DNA of 32,513 bases, taken from the sequence record DRR378314_264; one strand, written 5' to 3'. This document shows, piece after piece, positions 1 through 9,483 of the stretch. Below the pieces are notes generated by a model. The model ran no database searches. It was not told the origin of the DNA and saw only the letters and a list, made by a program, of their open reading frames with translations. Made by a program: the position numbers and the translations under genes. How positions within the stretch are numbered: position 1 is the stretch's first letter; each line of letters opens with the position of its first letter.

Positions 1-1
1 C

Positions 2-334
2 ACCCACAAAGCGTGGCACGACAGCTCCGAAACCATCGGTAAGATCAACTACTTCATGGTTGGCGACCAGACCGGCACCATCACCAACAACTTCGGTGTG
101 ATGCGTGAAGGCCAGGGCCTGGCAGATCGCGCTACCTTCCTGATCGATCCGGATGGCGTTATCCAGGCGATGGAAATCACTGCCGAAGGTATCGGCCGTG
201 ACGCAGACGACCTGCTGCGCAAGGTGAAAGCAGCCCAATACGTTCGCAACCATCCAGGCGAAGTATGCCCGGCCAAGTGGAAAGAAGGCGAAGCAACTCT
301 GGCTCCGTCACTGGACCTGGTTGGCAAAATCTAA
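2..334 (+). CDS. ahpC: Alkyl hydroperoxide reductase subunit C (2-Cys peroxiredoxin), 5'-truncated by the window edge
   Basis: Frame open from base 2: [22 protein letters not shown]...[12 protein letters not shown]...GIGRDA...[10 protein letters not shown], with the resolving-Cys VCP motif; lies upstream of ahpF. Confidence 0.97.
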   Translation, partial: THKAWHDSSETIGKINYFMVGDQTGTITNNFGVMREGQGLADRATFLIDPDGVIQAMEITAEGIGRDADDLLRKVKAAQYVRNHPGEVCPAKWKEGEATLAPSLDLVGKI

Positions 335-358
335 AGTTTTCACCATCGTGAAACCTGT

Positions 359-384
359 AAAAGGCCCGCTTTGCGGGCCTTTTT
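359..384 (+). terminator. Intrinsic terminator after ahpC, possibly bidirectional
   Basis: AAAAGGCCCGC-TTT-GCGGGCCTTTTT hairpin with T tract. Confidence 0.85.
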
Positions 385-414
385 CGTTTCTATCCAATTG
401 ATTCATCAAGTCGA

Positions 415-451
415 ATAGCAAAGACCTATCAAATACTTTGGATCAATTAAT
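415..451 (+). promoter_or_regulatory. Putative OxyR binding site upstream of ahpF
   Basis: ATAG-N7-CTAT-N7-TTTG-N7-TAAT versus OxyR consensus ATAG-N7-CTAT-N7-ATAG-N7-CTAT; first half perfect. Confidence 0.7.
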
Positions 452-555
452 TTGAGCTTCGCCGGTCCAGTCCGTATCGTTTAATCATATTCGATTCACG
501 ACTCAAACTGAGTTCGCACATTCAGTTTCACGATATCCAAAGGGGAAGAGACAGC

Positions 556-2148
556 ATGTTGGATGCCAGTATCAAGGAGCAGTTGAAGGCGTACATGGAA
601 AAACTGCAGCAGCCGATTGAGCTGGTTGCGGCTTACGACGACAGCGACAAGTCTCAGGAGCTGAAACAGCTGCTGGACGAGATTGAGCCGATGTCCGACA
701 AGATCAGTCTGCGCACGGAAGAAGGTACCGATGTGCGCCGTCCGTCGTTCGCCATTAATCGCACAGGTACTGACATCGGCGTGCGTTTCGCCGGTATCCC
801 CATGGGCCATGAGTTCACTTCCCTCGTGCTGGCGTTGCTGCAGGTGGGTGGTCATCCGCCCAAGGCCGGCCAGGAAGTCATTGACCAGGTGAAAGATCTG
901 GACGGTGAGTTTGAGTTCGAAACTTATTTCTCTCTGTCTTGCCAGAATTGCCCCGACGTGGTCCAGGCCCTGAACCTGATGAGCGTACTGAACCCGAAGA
1001 TCAAGCACACCTCCATTGATGGTGCCCTGTTCCAGGATGAAGTGGAGCAGCGTGAAGTCATGGCGGTACCCAGTGTTTACCTCAACGGTAAACCGTTCGG
1101 CCAGGGCCGCATGACCCTGGAACAGATTATCGCCAAGGTCGATACCGGTGCTGAGGCTCGTGACGCAGAGAAGCTCAAGCAAAAGGACCCGTTCGAGGTG
1201 TTGGTCATCGGTGGTGGCCCGGCAGGTTCTTCAGCGGCCATCTACGCTGCACGCAAAGGTATCTCCACTGGTATTGCCGCCGAGCGTTTTGGCGGTCAGG
1301 TGGCCGACACCATGGGCATTGAGAATCTGATTTCCGTGCCCTACACCGAAGGCCCCAAGCTGGTGGCCGCCATGGAGCAGCACGTCAAAGAATACGACGT
1401 GGACATCATGAACCTGCAGCGCGCCGAGAAGCTGATCCCGGCGGCCCGCAAAGGCGGTCTCCATGAGGTGCGCCTGGCCAACGGTGCATCACTGAAAAGC
1501 CGCACGCTCGTTCTGTCCACTGGTGCCCGCTGGCGCCAACTGGGCGTGCCGGGTGAAGAGGAATATCGCAATAAAGGCGTGGCCTACTGTCCGCACTGTG
1601 ACGGCCCGCTGTTCAAGGGCAAACGCGTGGCGGTGGTCGGCGGGGGCAACTCCGGCGTGGAGGCGGCCATCGACCTGGCTGGCATCGTCGGCCATGTGAC
1701 CCTGCTGGAATTCGCGTCCGAAATGAAAGCGGACGACGTGTTGCAGAAGAAACTGCGCAGCCTGAAGAATGTCGAGATCCTGACCTCCGCCCAGACCACT
1801 GAAGTCACCGGCGAGGGCGGTAAGGTAAACGGACTCCAGTACACCGACCGCTCGACCGGAGAGAGCCATCATGTGTCGCTGGAAGGCGTGTTCGTCCAGA
1901 TCGGCCTGATCCCGAACACCGAGTGGCTGAAGGGCGATATCGAACTGAGCCAGCATGGTGAGATCATTATCGACGAGCGCGGCGAAACCTCCATACCGGG
2001 CGTGTTTGCAGCCGGCGACGCGACCACCGTGCCCTACAAGCAGATCGTGATCTCCATGGGCGACGGTTCCAAAGCCGCCCTCAGCGCGTTCGACTTCCTG
2101 ATTCGAAACTCCGTTGATGAGAGCGAGAGCGACGAAGCGGCGGCCTGA
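556..2148 (+). CDS. ahpF: Alkyl hydroperoxide reductase subunit F
   Basis: 530 aa; [34 protein letters not shown] motif, CPHCDG redox centre, GGGNSG NADH motif. Confidence 0.98.
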   Translation: MLDASIKEQLKAYMEKLQQPIELVAAYDDSDKSQELKQLLDEIEPMSDKISLRTEEGTDVRRPSFAINRTGTDIGVRFAGIPMGHEFTSLVLALLQVGGHPPKAGQEVIDQVKDLDGEFEFETYFSLSCQNCPDVVQALNLMSVLNPKIKHTSIDGALFQDEVEQREVMAVPSVYLNGKPFGQGRMTLEQIIAKVDTGAEARDAEKLKQKDPFEVLVIGGGPAGSSAAIYAARKGISTGIAAERFGGQVADTMGIENLISVPYTEGPKLVAAMEQHVKEYDVDIMNLQRAEKLIPAARKGGLHEVRLANGASLKSRTLVLSTGARWRQLGVPGEEEYRNKGVAYCPHCDGPLFKGKRVAVVGGGNSGVEAAIDLAGIVGHVTLLEFASEMKADDVLQKKLRSLKNVEILTSAQTTEVTGEGGKVNGLQYTDRSTGESHHVSLEGVFVQIGLIPNTEWLKGDIELSQHGEIIIDERGETSIPGVFAAGDATTVPYKQIVISMGDGSKAALSAFDFLIRNSVDESESDEAAA

Positions 2149-2201
2149 ACCTCCGCGACTAGGTTCACACACGGCTGACCCCTAACCAGTTCGTGTCTTC
2201 C

Positions 2202-2239
2202 AGCCCCGCTGTCCGGCTTCCGGATAGCGGGGCTTTTTT
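2202..2239 (+). terminator. Intrinsic terminator after ahpF
   Basis: AGCCCCGCTGTCCGG-CTT-CCGGATAGCGGGGCT followed by TTTTT. Confidence 0.88.
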
Positions 2240-2303
2240 ATGGCATCTCTCTGGTTCGGGTAGGCTCGGTTGAATGGACCGATTACTTTCTGTACACTTT
2301 ATT

Positions 2304-2323
2304 TTAATTGAACGTTCAATTAA
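2304..2323. promoter_or_regulatory. BetI operator
   Basis: Perfect 20-bp palindrome TTAATTGAACGTTCAATTAA containing the BetI box ATTGAACGTTCAAT, 20 bp before betI. Confidence 0.92.
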
Positions 2324-2343
2324 CAAAACGGATTGGATACACG

Positions 2344-2952
2344 ATGCCGATTGTTGGCGTGAAAGACACCCGAAAGCAGCAACTCATTGATGCCACCATG
2401 GCGTCCATTGCCGAGCTGGGCCTGCAGAACACAACGATCATCTCCATCAGCCGTCGAGCTGGAATGTCATCCGGCATCATCAGCCACTATTTTGGCGGCA
2501 AGCAGGGATTGATTGAAGCGGCGCTGCGCTATTTGCTGGATCAGTTGGGGAAGGAGCTGCGAGAGCGGATGGCCCGCACGGATGGGTCGCCGGAACAGCG
2601 CCTGCAATGCATCGTGGAAGCCAATTTTTCCGAGTTCCAGCGCACCGATCTGGCGGCAAAGACCTGGCTCAGTTTTTGGGCCCGATCCATGCACGAGCCC
2701 GGGTTGCAGCGCCTGCAGCAGATCAACAATGCGCGGTTGTACAGCAACCTGAGGTACTCCTTTGCCCAGCGCCTGCCGAAACAGGCTGCCACTGAGGCCG
2801 CCCGCCAGATGGCGGCGATGATCGACGGCTTCTGGCTGCGCAGTGCCCTGAGCACCGATCCCCAGGAAGGTTTCGCAGCGGCGGAAACGCTGTGTAAGCG
2901 ATTTGCATTGAACGCCCTCGAATCCACCACGAATTCACCCGATCAGGTTTGA
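2344..2952 (+). CDS. betI: Choline-responsive TetR-family repressor BetI
   Basis: [18 protein letters not shown]...[15 protein letters not shown]...[14 protein letters not shown]...[12 protein letters not shown] 2344 preferred because the track's TTG 2308 lies inside the operator. Confidence 0.95.
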   Translation: MPIVGVKDTRKQQLIDATMASIAELGLQNTTIISISRRAGMSSGIISHYFGGKQGLIEAALRYLLDQLGKELRERMARTDGSPEQRLQCIVEANFSEFQRTDLAAKTWLSFWARSMHEPGLQRLQQINNARLYSNLRYSFAQRLPKQAATEAARQMAAMIDGFWLRSALSTDPQEGFAAAETLCKRFALNALESTTNSPDQV

Positions 2953-2957
2953 ACGCC

Positions 2958-4424
2958 ATGACTGATATTCCCCGCTACCAGAACTTTATCAACGGCCAAC
3001 CCATGGCCAACACCTCCGGTGAAACCTTCCCGGTAGTGAACCCGGCCACAGGCGCCGTGATCTACGAAATGGAAATCGCGGATGAGGCTATCCAAAAGGC
3101 CGCGATAGACAGTGCCCGGGCTGGTTTTAAAGTCTGGTCCGCCATGACCGGCGCCCAGCGTGGTCGTATCCTGCAGCGTGCCGTGGCATTGCTGCGGGAG
3201 CGCAATGACGAACTGGCGGCCCTGGAAGTGAAAGACACCGGTAAACCCTGGCAGGAAGCCGAGGCAGTAGACGTGGTGACCGGTGCCGATACCCTGGAGT
3301 TTTTCGCCGGCCTGGCCGCGTCCGTTGAAGGCAACCAGCAGGATCTGGGGGGTGACTTCTATTACACCCGCCGCGAGCCCCTGGGTGTGTGTGCCGGTAT
3401 CGGTGCCTGGAACTACCCGCTGCAGATCGCCTGCTGGAAGTCGGCCCCGGCGCTGGCCACCGGTAACAGCATGATTTTCAAGCCGTCCGAGGAAACCCCC
3501 ATGGGGGCCCTCAAGCTGGCGGAAATTTTTGTCGAAGCTGGCGTTCCGGCAGGCGTCTTCAATGTGGTTCAGGGCGCGGGCGATGTCGGCGCCTGGCTAA
3601 CCCACAGCCCCGATATCGCCAAGGTGTCGTTTACCGGCGAAGTTGGCACCGGCAAGAAGGTGATGACAGCGGCCGCCTCCACCCTGAAAGACGTCACTAT
3701 GGAGCTCGGCGGCAAATCACCTTTGATCATCTTTGATGATGCGGATATCGACAACGCCGTGTCAGCCGCCATGCTGGGCAATTTCTACACCCAGGGCGAA
3801 GTGTGTACCAATGGCACCCGGGTATTCGTGCACGAAGACGTCTATTCCGAATTCATGGACCGCTTGCTGGAACGCACCCTGAACAACATCCGCATGGGAG
3901 ATCCTACGGACCCGGACACCAACTTCGGCGCGCTGATCTCCCAGAAGCACCAGCAACTGGTGCTGGACTATATCGAGAAAGGCATTGCCGAGGGCGCCAC
4001 CCTTAGCCACGGCGGTAAGGCCGCGACGCCGGCATCCGCCCCCGGTGGTTACTTCGTGGAGCCCACCATCTTTACCGACTGCACCGATGACATGACCATT
4101 TGCCGCGAGGAAATCTTCGGCCCCGTGATGTCGGTTCTGACCTTCTCCGATGAGGAGGAAGTGATTGATCGGGCCAACAACACCGAGACCGGTCTTGCTG
4201 CCGGTGTGTTTACCAACGACATCCGCCGCGCGCACCGCGTTATTCATCGGATTGAGGCCGGCATCTGCTGGATCAATAGCTACGGCGCATCGCCCGCTGA
4301 GATGCCTGTGGGTGGGTACAAGCTGTCCGGCGTGGGGCGTGAAAACGGCCGCGTCACACTCGACCACTACACACAGCTGAAGGCCGTGTATGTGGGAATG
4401 GAGGACATAGACAGCCCTTTCTAA
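2958..4424 (+). CDS. betB: Betaine aldehyde dehydrogenase
   Basis: ALDH motifs [53 protein letters not shown]; betIBA context. Confidence 0.96.
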   Translation: MTDIPRYQNFINGQPMANTSGETFPVVNPATGAVIYEMEIADEAIQKAAIDSARAGFKVWSAMTGAQRGRILQRAVALLRERNDELAALEVKDTGKPWQEAEAVDVVTGADTLEFFAGLAASVEGNQQDLGGDFYYTRREPLGVCAGIGAWNYPLQIACWKSAPALATGNSMIFKPSEETPMGALKLAEIFVEAGVPAGVFNVVQGAGDVGAWLTHSPDIAKVSFTGEVGTGKKVMTAAASTLKDVTMELGGKSPLIIFDDADIDNAVSAAMLGNFYTQGEVCTNGTRVFVHEDVYSEFMDRLLERTLNNIRMGDPTDPDTNFGALISQKHQQLVLDYIEKGIAEGATLSHGGKAATPASAPGGYFVEPTIFTDCTDDMTICREEIFGPVMSVLTFSDEEEVIDRANNTETGLAAGVFTNDIRRAHRVIHRIEAGICWINSYGASPAEMPVGGYKLSGVGRENGRVTLDHYTQLKAVYVGMEDIDSPF

Positions 4425-4445
4425 ACGGGCTGCTCGGAGTTGCGT

Positions 4446-6131
4446 ATGAAAGAAGTGAACTACGACTACATCATTGTTGGAGCGGGGTCTGCGGGCTGTG
4501 TGCTGGCCAACCGGCTTACCGAGGATGGCCGCCACCGGGTGTTGCTGTTGGAGACCGGCGGCAGCGACAAGAGCCTCTTTATCCAGATGCCCACGGCGCT
4601 GTCCATCCCCATGAACACCAAAAAATACGCCTGGCAGTTTGAGACCGAGCCGGAACCCTACCTGGATAACCGCCGAATGCACTGCCCCCGGGGAAAGGTG
4701 CTGGGCGGCTCTTCCTCCATCAATGGCATGGTCTATGTGCGCGGCCACGCCCGTGATTTCGACGAATGGCAGGAGCAGGGCGCCGAGGGCTGGGATTATC
4801 GCCATTGCCTGCCCTACTTCAAGAAGGCGGAAACCTGGGCCTTTGGCGGTGATGAGTATCGGGGCGACCAGGGCCCATTGGGGGTGAACAACGGCAACAA
4901 CATGCAGAACCCGCTCTACAAGGCGTTTGTGGATGCGGGCGTGGATGCCGGCTATTTCGCCACTGACGATTACAACGGCGCCCGCCAGGAGGGCTTTGGC
5001 GCCATGCACATGACGGTCAAGAATGGCCGCCGCTGGTCCACTGCCAACGCTTACCTGCGCCCCGCCATGGATCGGGACAATCTGACCGTGGTCACCCACG
5101 CGCTGGTGCACACGGTGTTGCTGGACGGCAAACACGCTACCGGTGTGCGCTATGAAAAAGACGGCAAGCTGGTGGATGTGACGGCGTCAGAAGAAGTGAT
5201 TCTTTCGGCGGGTTCCATCGGTTCGCCGCACCTGCTGCAGCTTTCCGGCATTGGTAACCGTGAGGTGTTGGAGCAGGCCGGCATTCCGGTCAGTCACGAA
5301 CTCCCCGGTGTCGGGGGCAACCTGCAGGACCACCTGGAGTTCTACTTCCAGTTCCGCTGCAAACAGCCGGTGTCCCTCAATGGCAAGCTCGACTGGTGGA
5401 ACAAGCTCAAGATTGGCGTTCGCTGGTTGCTGCGAAAAGACGGCCTGGGCGCCACCAACCACTTTGAGTCCTGCGGCTTCATCCGCTCCAAAGCGGGCGT
5501 TGAGTGGCCGGACCTGCAGTACCACTTCCTTCCGGCGGCCATGCGCTATGACGGCAAGGAAGCCTTCGACGGCGACGGTTTCCAGCTTCACATCGGCCAC
5601 AACAAACCCAAGAGCCGTGGATCGGTTTACGTGCAGTCAGACGATCCGCGCCAGCCGCCCCGCATCCTCTTCAACTATCTCCAGCATGAGGACGACCGTG
5701 AAGGCTTCCGGGATTGCGTGCGCCTGACCCGGGAAATTGTCAGCCAGCCAGCGATGGACGCCTATCGCGGCCCTGAGATCCAACCCGGTGTTAATGTTCA
5801 GAGTGATGAGGAAATAGACGCCTTTGTCCGCCAGGCGGTGGAAAGCGCCTATCACCCCTCCTGCACCTGCAAAATGGGCGTGGATGACCAGGCGGTGGTC
5901 GGGCCCGACACCCGCGTTCATGGCCTCACCGGCCTGCGGGTAGTGGACTCGTCCATCTTCCCGACCATTCCCAACGGCAACCTTAATGCTCCCACCATCA
6001 TGGTGGCGGAGCGTGCCGCTGACCTCATTCGTGGCGTGGAGCCACTGAATCCGTCCGATGCCCCCGTGGCCATGGACGAGCAATGGCTTGATCGCCAGCG
6101 CCCCGGAGGGGCCGCGCGCGGGATCGCCTGA
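4446..6131 (+). CDS. betA: Choline dehydrogenase (GMC oxidoreductase)
   Basis: [67 protein letters not shown] before ATG 4446. Confidence 0.96.
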   Translation: MKEVNYDYIIVGAGSAGCVLANRLTEDGRHRVLLLETGGSDKSLFIQMPTALSIPMNTKKYAWQFETEPEPYLDNRRMHCPRGKVLGGSSSINGMVYVRGHARDFDEWQEQGAEGWDYRHCLPYFKKAETWAFGGDEYRGDQGPLGVNNGNNMQNPLYKAFVDAGVDAGYFATDDYNGARQEGFGAMHMTVKNGRRWSTANAYLRPAMDRDNLTVVTHALVHTVLLDGKHATGVRYEKDGKLVDVTASEEVILSAGSIGSPHLLQLSGIGNREVLEQAGIPVSHELPGVGGNLQDHLEFYFQFRCKQPVSLNGKLDWWNKLKIGVRWLLRKDGLGATNHFESCGFIRSKAGVEWPDLQYHFLPAAMRYDGKEAFDGDGFQLHIGHNKPKSRGSVYVQSDDPRQPPRILFNYLQHEDDREGFRDCVRLTREIVSQPAMDAYRGPEIQPGVNVQSDEEIDAFVRQAVESAYHPSCTCKMGVDDQAVVGPDTRVHGLTGLRVVDSSIFPTIPNGNLNAPTIMVAERAADLIRGVEPLNPSDAPVAMDEQWLDRQRPGGAARGIA

Positions 6132-6139
6132 TACCGTTC

Positions 6140-6168
6140 CCGGCGGCGCAATGGCCGCCGGTTGTTAT
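6140..6168 (+). terminator. Possible weak terminator or processing hairpin after betA
   Basis: CCGGCGGC-GCAATG-GCCGCCGG followed by an imperfect U tract TTGTTAT. Confidence 0.5.
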
Positions 6169-6313
6169 GCAAACCATCAGGACTTACCTATCGTCGCTAC
6201 GGCGCGATAACCGCGTCGTTATGAGCGCGCGATAGTTAAGTGTTGGCCCGTCAACGCGGGGGTTTGTGTCCGATTCGAATGAACACGTGCTTCAAAGTAG
6301 AGGAGGAACACCC

Positions 6314-6361
6314 ATGTTGTCCGATAGAATCCTGTTTTCCCGTAGCCGGAGGTGTGTATGA
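6314..6361 (+). CDS. Candidate 15-aa leader peptide (MLSDRILFSRSRRCV)
   Basis: Strong SD GAGGAGG at 6300-6306, ATG 6314, TGA overlapping the BCCT start as ATGA. Confidence 0.45.
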   Translation: MLSDRILFSRSRRCV

Positions 6362-7575
6362 CACTCTGGTTATCCACTGGCCTGATATTTACCTTCGCAG
6401 CCATCGCGCTGATTCTGTTCAAATGGTGGGACCTGAAAGTCATCGGCGAGACGCCGGTGCGCACTTTCACGTTTATCGCCATTCTGTTTACTTCGGGCCT
6501 GGACGTTGGCCTGATCATGTTCCCACTGACGGAGTTTGCGGGCTACGGCAATCTGTCGGAAAGCCCCGAATATGGCTTTGCCAATCCCTTGGCCATAGAG
6601 TTTGGCTTCTGGGCCTTTCTGATCTGGGGATTCTATTTCCTCACGTGCTTCTATTTCTGCGTGATTGAGCCGCGGGTAAAGTTCTTTGATATTCCTCTGG
6701 TGAAAGTCGTCAACAACGTCGTGATCATTGGAACCTGCGCGTTTACGGCGTTTTTGCTACTGGTTAACCTGCCCTGGTACCTGCCGGCGATCGGTGATGG
6801 CGAAACGGTGGTGCCTACCTTCTATCTGATTGTTTTCGCAGCGATTGCGGCGGCGGTCTACTCAAGCAGCAAGATCAAATACGTACGCATACTCAGCCTG
6901 GGTTCCAGTTGGCTGTTCATTGCGCTGATTGCGGTCATGTGGGGCCGTGCCTTCCTGACGGGTAATGGCAGTGTGGGAGACTTTTTCGGCACGGCGGGGC
7001 TGATTGGTGAGTACTTCACCAACCTGCACCACTTCATGTTGCCGCTGAACGACTACCACGAGTTTTACCTGTTCTGGTGGTTCTCCTGGAGCATCATGAT
7101 TGGCCAGTTCACTGCGCGATTCGTCAGCGGCCTGCGCACCTGGCAGTTGATGATTGCCATGCTGGTGTTTCCGTCCATCGCCATCGGCACCTGGTTCTCC
7201 GTGCTTTACCACTACCATGCCGAGGGCCTTAACATCGCCAGCTACATCAACATAGCCATGATCACGGTGGGTATCCTGATGGTGATCAACTCACTGGACT
7301 CACTGATCCGGCTCTACACCGACAACCTCAACCTGACCGCAAGACGGATGGGCCAGTGGAAATACTATTTCGGTAACCTGATTGCGATGTGTGGCCTGAC
7401 GCTGCTCTTCCAGTTGGACTTCCTGCGCATTCAATGGGTGGGCGCCTTGGTGATTGCGCTGTACTTCGGTTGCTTCGTCTACATTGTAATGAAGCGCCGC
7501 TCCGAGGTGATGGGGATTGAAGGTTCGCCGAAAGAGAATACACTCGACTTCAGGAAGATTGAGTTAGCAAGCTAG
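6358..7575 (+). CDS. Short BCCT-family transporter, probably choline or betaine uptake
   Basis: 405 aa polytopic membrane protein; ILFTSGLDVGLIMFP (TM3-like), FWWFSWSIMIGQFTARFVSGLRTWQL (BCCT signature region), INSLDS; follows betIBA. Confidence 0.82.
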   Translation: MTLWLSTGLIFTFAAIALILFKWWDLKVIGETPVRTFTFIAILFTSGLDVGLIMFPLTEFAGYGNLSESPEYGFANPLAIEFGFWAFLIWGFYFLTCFYFCVIEPRVKFFDIPLVKVVNNVVIIGTCAFTAFLLLVNLPWYLPAIGDGETVVPTFYLIVFAAIAAAVYSSSKIKYVRILSLGSSWLFIALIAVMWGRAFLTGNGSVGDFFGTAGLIGEYFTNLHHFMLPLNDYHEFYLFWWFSWSIMIGQFTARFVSGLRTWQLMIAMLVFPSIAIGTWFSVLYHYHAEGLNIASYINIAMITVGILMVINSLDSLIRLYTDNLNLTARRMGQWKYYFGNLIAMCGLTLLFQLDFLRIQWVGALVIALYFGCFVYIVMKRRSEVMGIEGSPKENTLDFRKIELAS

Positions 7576-7614
7576 AGCGTTTCACACACCGTCAGGGATA
7601 CCCGGGAGGGATTT

Positions 7615-7824
7615 ATGTTTCTCGCCGAAAAATCGACCGGTCACATGATTGAGGTACTGGACACCAAAGCGCTGTTCGACCCGAATGAATCCACGGTCAA
7701 GGGCAGCCTGCACTTCGGTGAGGAGGCCCAGGACCCGGAGTCGTTCGAGAAGTCCGGCCTGAACTTCCCTTCCGGGGAATCCCTGCCCCAGTGCTGGACC
7801 GACCCGGATTATCGCAGGCGGTGA
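7615..7824 (+). CDS. Small conserved hypothetical protein (69 aa)
   Basis: GGAGG RBS; GEEAQDPE and FPSGESLPQCW motifs resemble a small-protein family I recall being loosely labelled acetyltransferase; function not supportable. Confidence 0.75.
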   Translation: MFLAEKSTGHMIEVLDTKALFDPNESTVKGSLHFGEEAQDPESFEKSGLNFPSGESLPQCWTDPDYRRR

Positions 7825-7869
7825 TCCTGGCTATCCGCAGCCACCGGGCGCCACGCAGGCCCACTCGCA

Positions 7870-8424
7870 ATGCTTGAGGGTATGAGCCTGACAGACATGG
7901 CGGGCCAGGTGGTCAGCCTGGTTGCGCTGGGCTTCTGCATCGTCGGCTTTGCCAGCAAGCGGGACGACCGTTTGATGGTGTTGCTGATCTCCGCGAATGT
8001 GGCCTTTGCGCTTCAGTTCGCCCTGTTTGGCAGTTGGACGGCGGCGGTGCTGAGCTTGTTGGTGATCGGCCGCATCATGCTGGCGCGAAAGTATCTGGGC
8101 AACTGGAAAGTGATGCTGGCGGTACTGGCGGTGAACCTTGTGGCGGCAGCGCTGACCTGGCGCGCCCCGGTGGACTTCTTCGCCATCGGCGCCGCCATTT
8201 TCGGCACCGTGGGCATGTTCATGCTGCGGGGCATTCCCATGCGGCTGACCCTGGCTGCGGCGGCCATCTGCTGGATGCTGAACAACGTGCTGATCGGCTC
8301 GGTGGGCGGCACTCTGGCGGAAGGCATGGTGGTGGTGACCAACTTCATCACCATCTTCCGGCTGGCGCGGATGAAGCGCCGTTATCCGGAGGCTTTCGCC
8401 AAGCTCAATGAGCAGGAGTCATAG
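7870..8424 (+). CDS. YgjV-family inner membrane protein
   Basis: Hydrophobic 184 aa; GQVVSLVAL...ASKRDDRL...QFALFGSWTAA...GIPMR...WMLNNVLIGSVGGTL; alternative start ATG 7882. Confidence 0.78.
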   Translation: MLEGMSLTDMAGQVVSLVALGFCIVGFASKRDDRLMVLLISANVAFALQFALFGSWTAAVLSLLVIGRIMLARKYLGNWKVMLAVLAVNLVAAALTWRAPVDFFAIGAAIFGTVGMFMLRGIPMRLTLAAAAICWMLNNVLIGSVGGTLAEGMVVVTNFITIFRLARMKRRYPEAFAKLNEQES

Positions 8425-9453
8425 TCGGCCGCGTTCAAAGCCTTTCAGTACGTTCACCACATTTACGCCAATGGCGTCCACGTCGTAGCCGCCCTCCATC
8501 GTGAACAGGGTGGGCAGGTTCAGTTCCGCAAGCCGTTCCCCCATCACCAGGTAGTCCTCAGACATCAGCTTGAAGAATGAAATCGGGTCGTCCTCGAAGG
8601 TGTCCACGCCCAAGGCAATCACCAGCGCGTCGGGCTGATACTCGGCTATTCGCTTGCAGGCGGTTTCCAATCCCTTGCGCCAAACTTCAAAGGGCGTTCC
8701 GGGCGGGTAGACGAGGTTCTGGTTGTAACCTTCGCCGTCGCCTTCGCCGGTTTCGTCTTCAAACCCCAGGAAATGAGGAAACACGAGGTCCGGGTCGCCG
8801 TGCAGGCTGATGGTCAGTACATCGCTGCGCTGGTAGAAAATGGCTTGCGTACCATTGCCATGATGGAAGTCGACATCCAGTATCGCCACGCGGGTGGCGC
8901 CCTGATCCCGAAACGCCTGGGCAGAAATGGCAGCGTTGTTGAAGAAACAGTAGCCACCAAACAAGTCGGCATGAGCGTGATGGCCGGGGGGGCGGCACAG
9001 AGCAAACGCGGCCGGGTCTCCGTTGGCCACCAGTGACTGCGCGGTCAGCGCAACGTTCGCCGAGGCACACGCCGCGTCCCAGGTGCCCTCGGTGATGGAG
9101 GTTTCGGCGGCAAAGCTGTAGTAGCCCAGTCGGCCATCAATGTCTTTGGGTATCCTGGCGCGCATCCCCCGGCCGGGCCAGACGGCGGGAATGGCTTCCC
9201 CGGGTTTACCTTCGGCTTCCCAGTCTGCCCAGCAAGCCTCGAGGAAGGCGACATAGTCCGGTGTGTGAACGCGCAGAATCGGCTCAAGGCCGAAGTCGCT
9301 TGGTGGAAGGATGTCTCCCAGCTGCTCCTGTTTGACCCGGCCTAATATGGTTTCAGCCCGGGACGGTTTTTCGTGAGGCGCGATGAGTATGCCGCCATCC
9401 AGCTCGGTCATGGCGGTGCGGCGATTGTGCAGCGGGGAAAAAACGGTTCTCAT
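8419..9453 (-). CDS. aphA: Acetylpolyamine amidohydrolase (histone deacetylase family)
   Basis: TELDGG...PHEKPSRA, ALCRPPGHHA, GGYCFFNNAA, ILDVDFHHGNGTQ, LGVDTFEDDPIS, MEGGY. Confidence 0.88.
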   Translation of the reverse strand: MRTVFSPLHNRRTAMTELDGGILIAPHEKPSRAETILGRVKQEQLGDILPPSDFGLEPILRVHTPDYVAFLEACWADWEAEGKPGEAIPAVWPGRGMRARIPKDIDGRLGYYSFAAETSITEGTWDAACASANVALTAQSLVANGDPAAFALCRPPGHHAHADLFGGYCFFNNAAISAQAFRDQGATRVAILDVDFHHGNGTQAIFYQRSDVLTISLHGDPDLVFPHFLGFEDETGEGDGEGYNQNLVYPPGTPFEVWRKGLETACKRIAEYQPDALVIALGVDTFEDDPISFFKLMSEDYLVMGERLAELNLPTLFTMEGGYDVDAIGVNVVNVLKGFERGRL

Positions 9454-9483
9454 GGAATACGATTCCGTGTTGGTTGCGACGCG

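Noticed and set aside
3762-5135. 457-aa minus-strand ORF and similar long antisense ORFs (496-1182, 1489-2172, 19445-20200, 20998-21681, 26303-27016)
   Set aside because: Antisense shadows of well-supported genes in GC-rich DNA; no motifs or RBS
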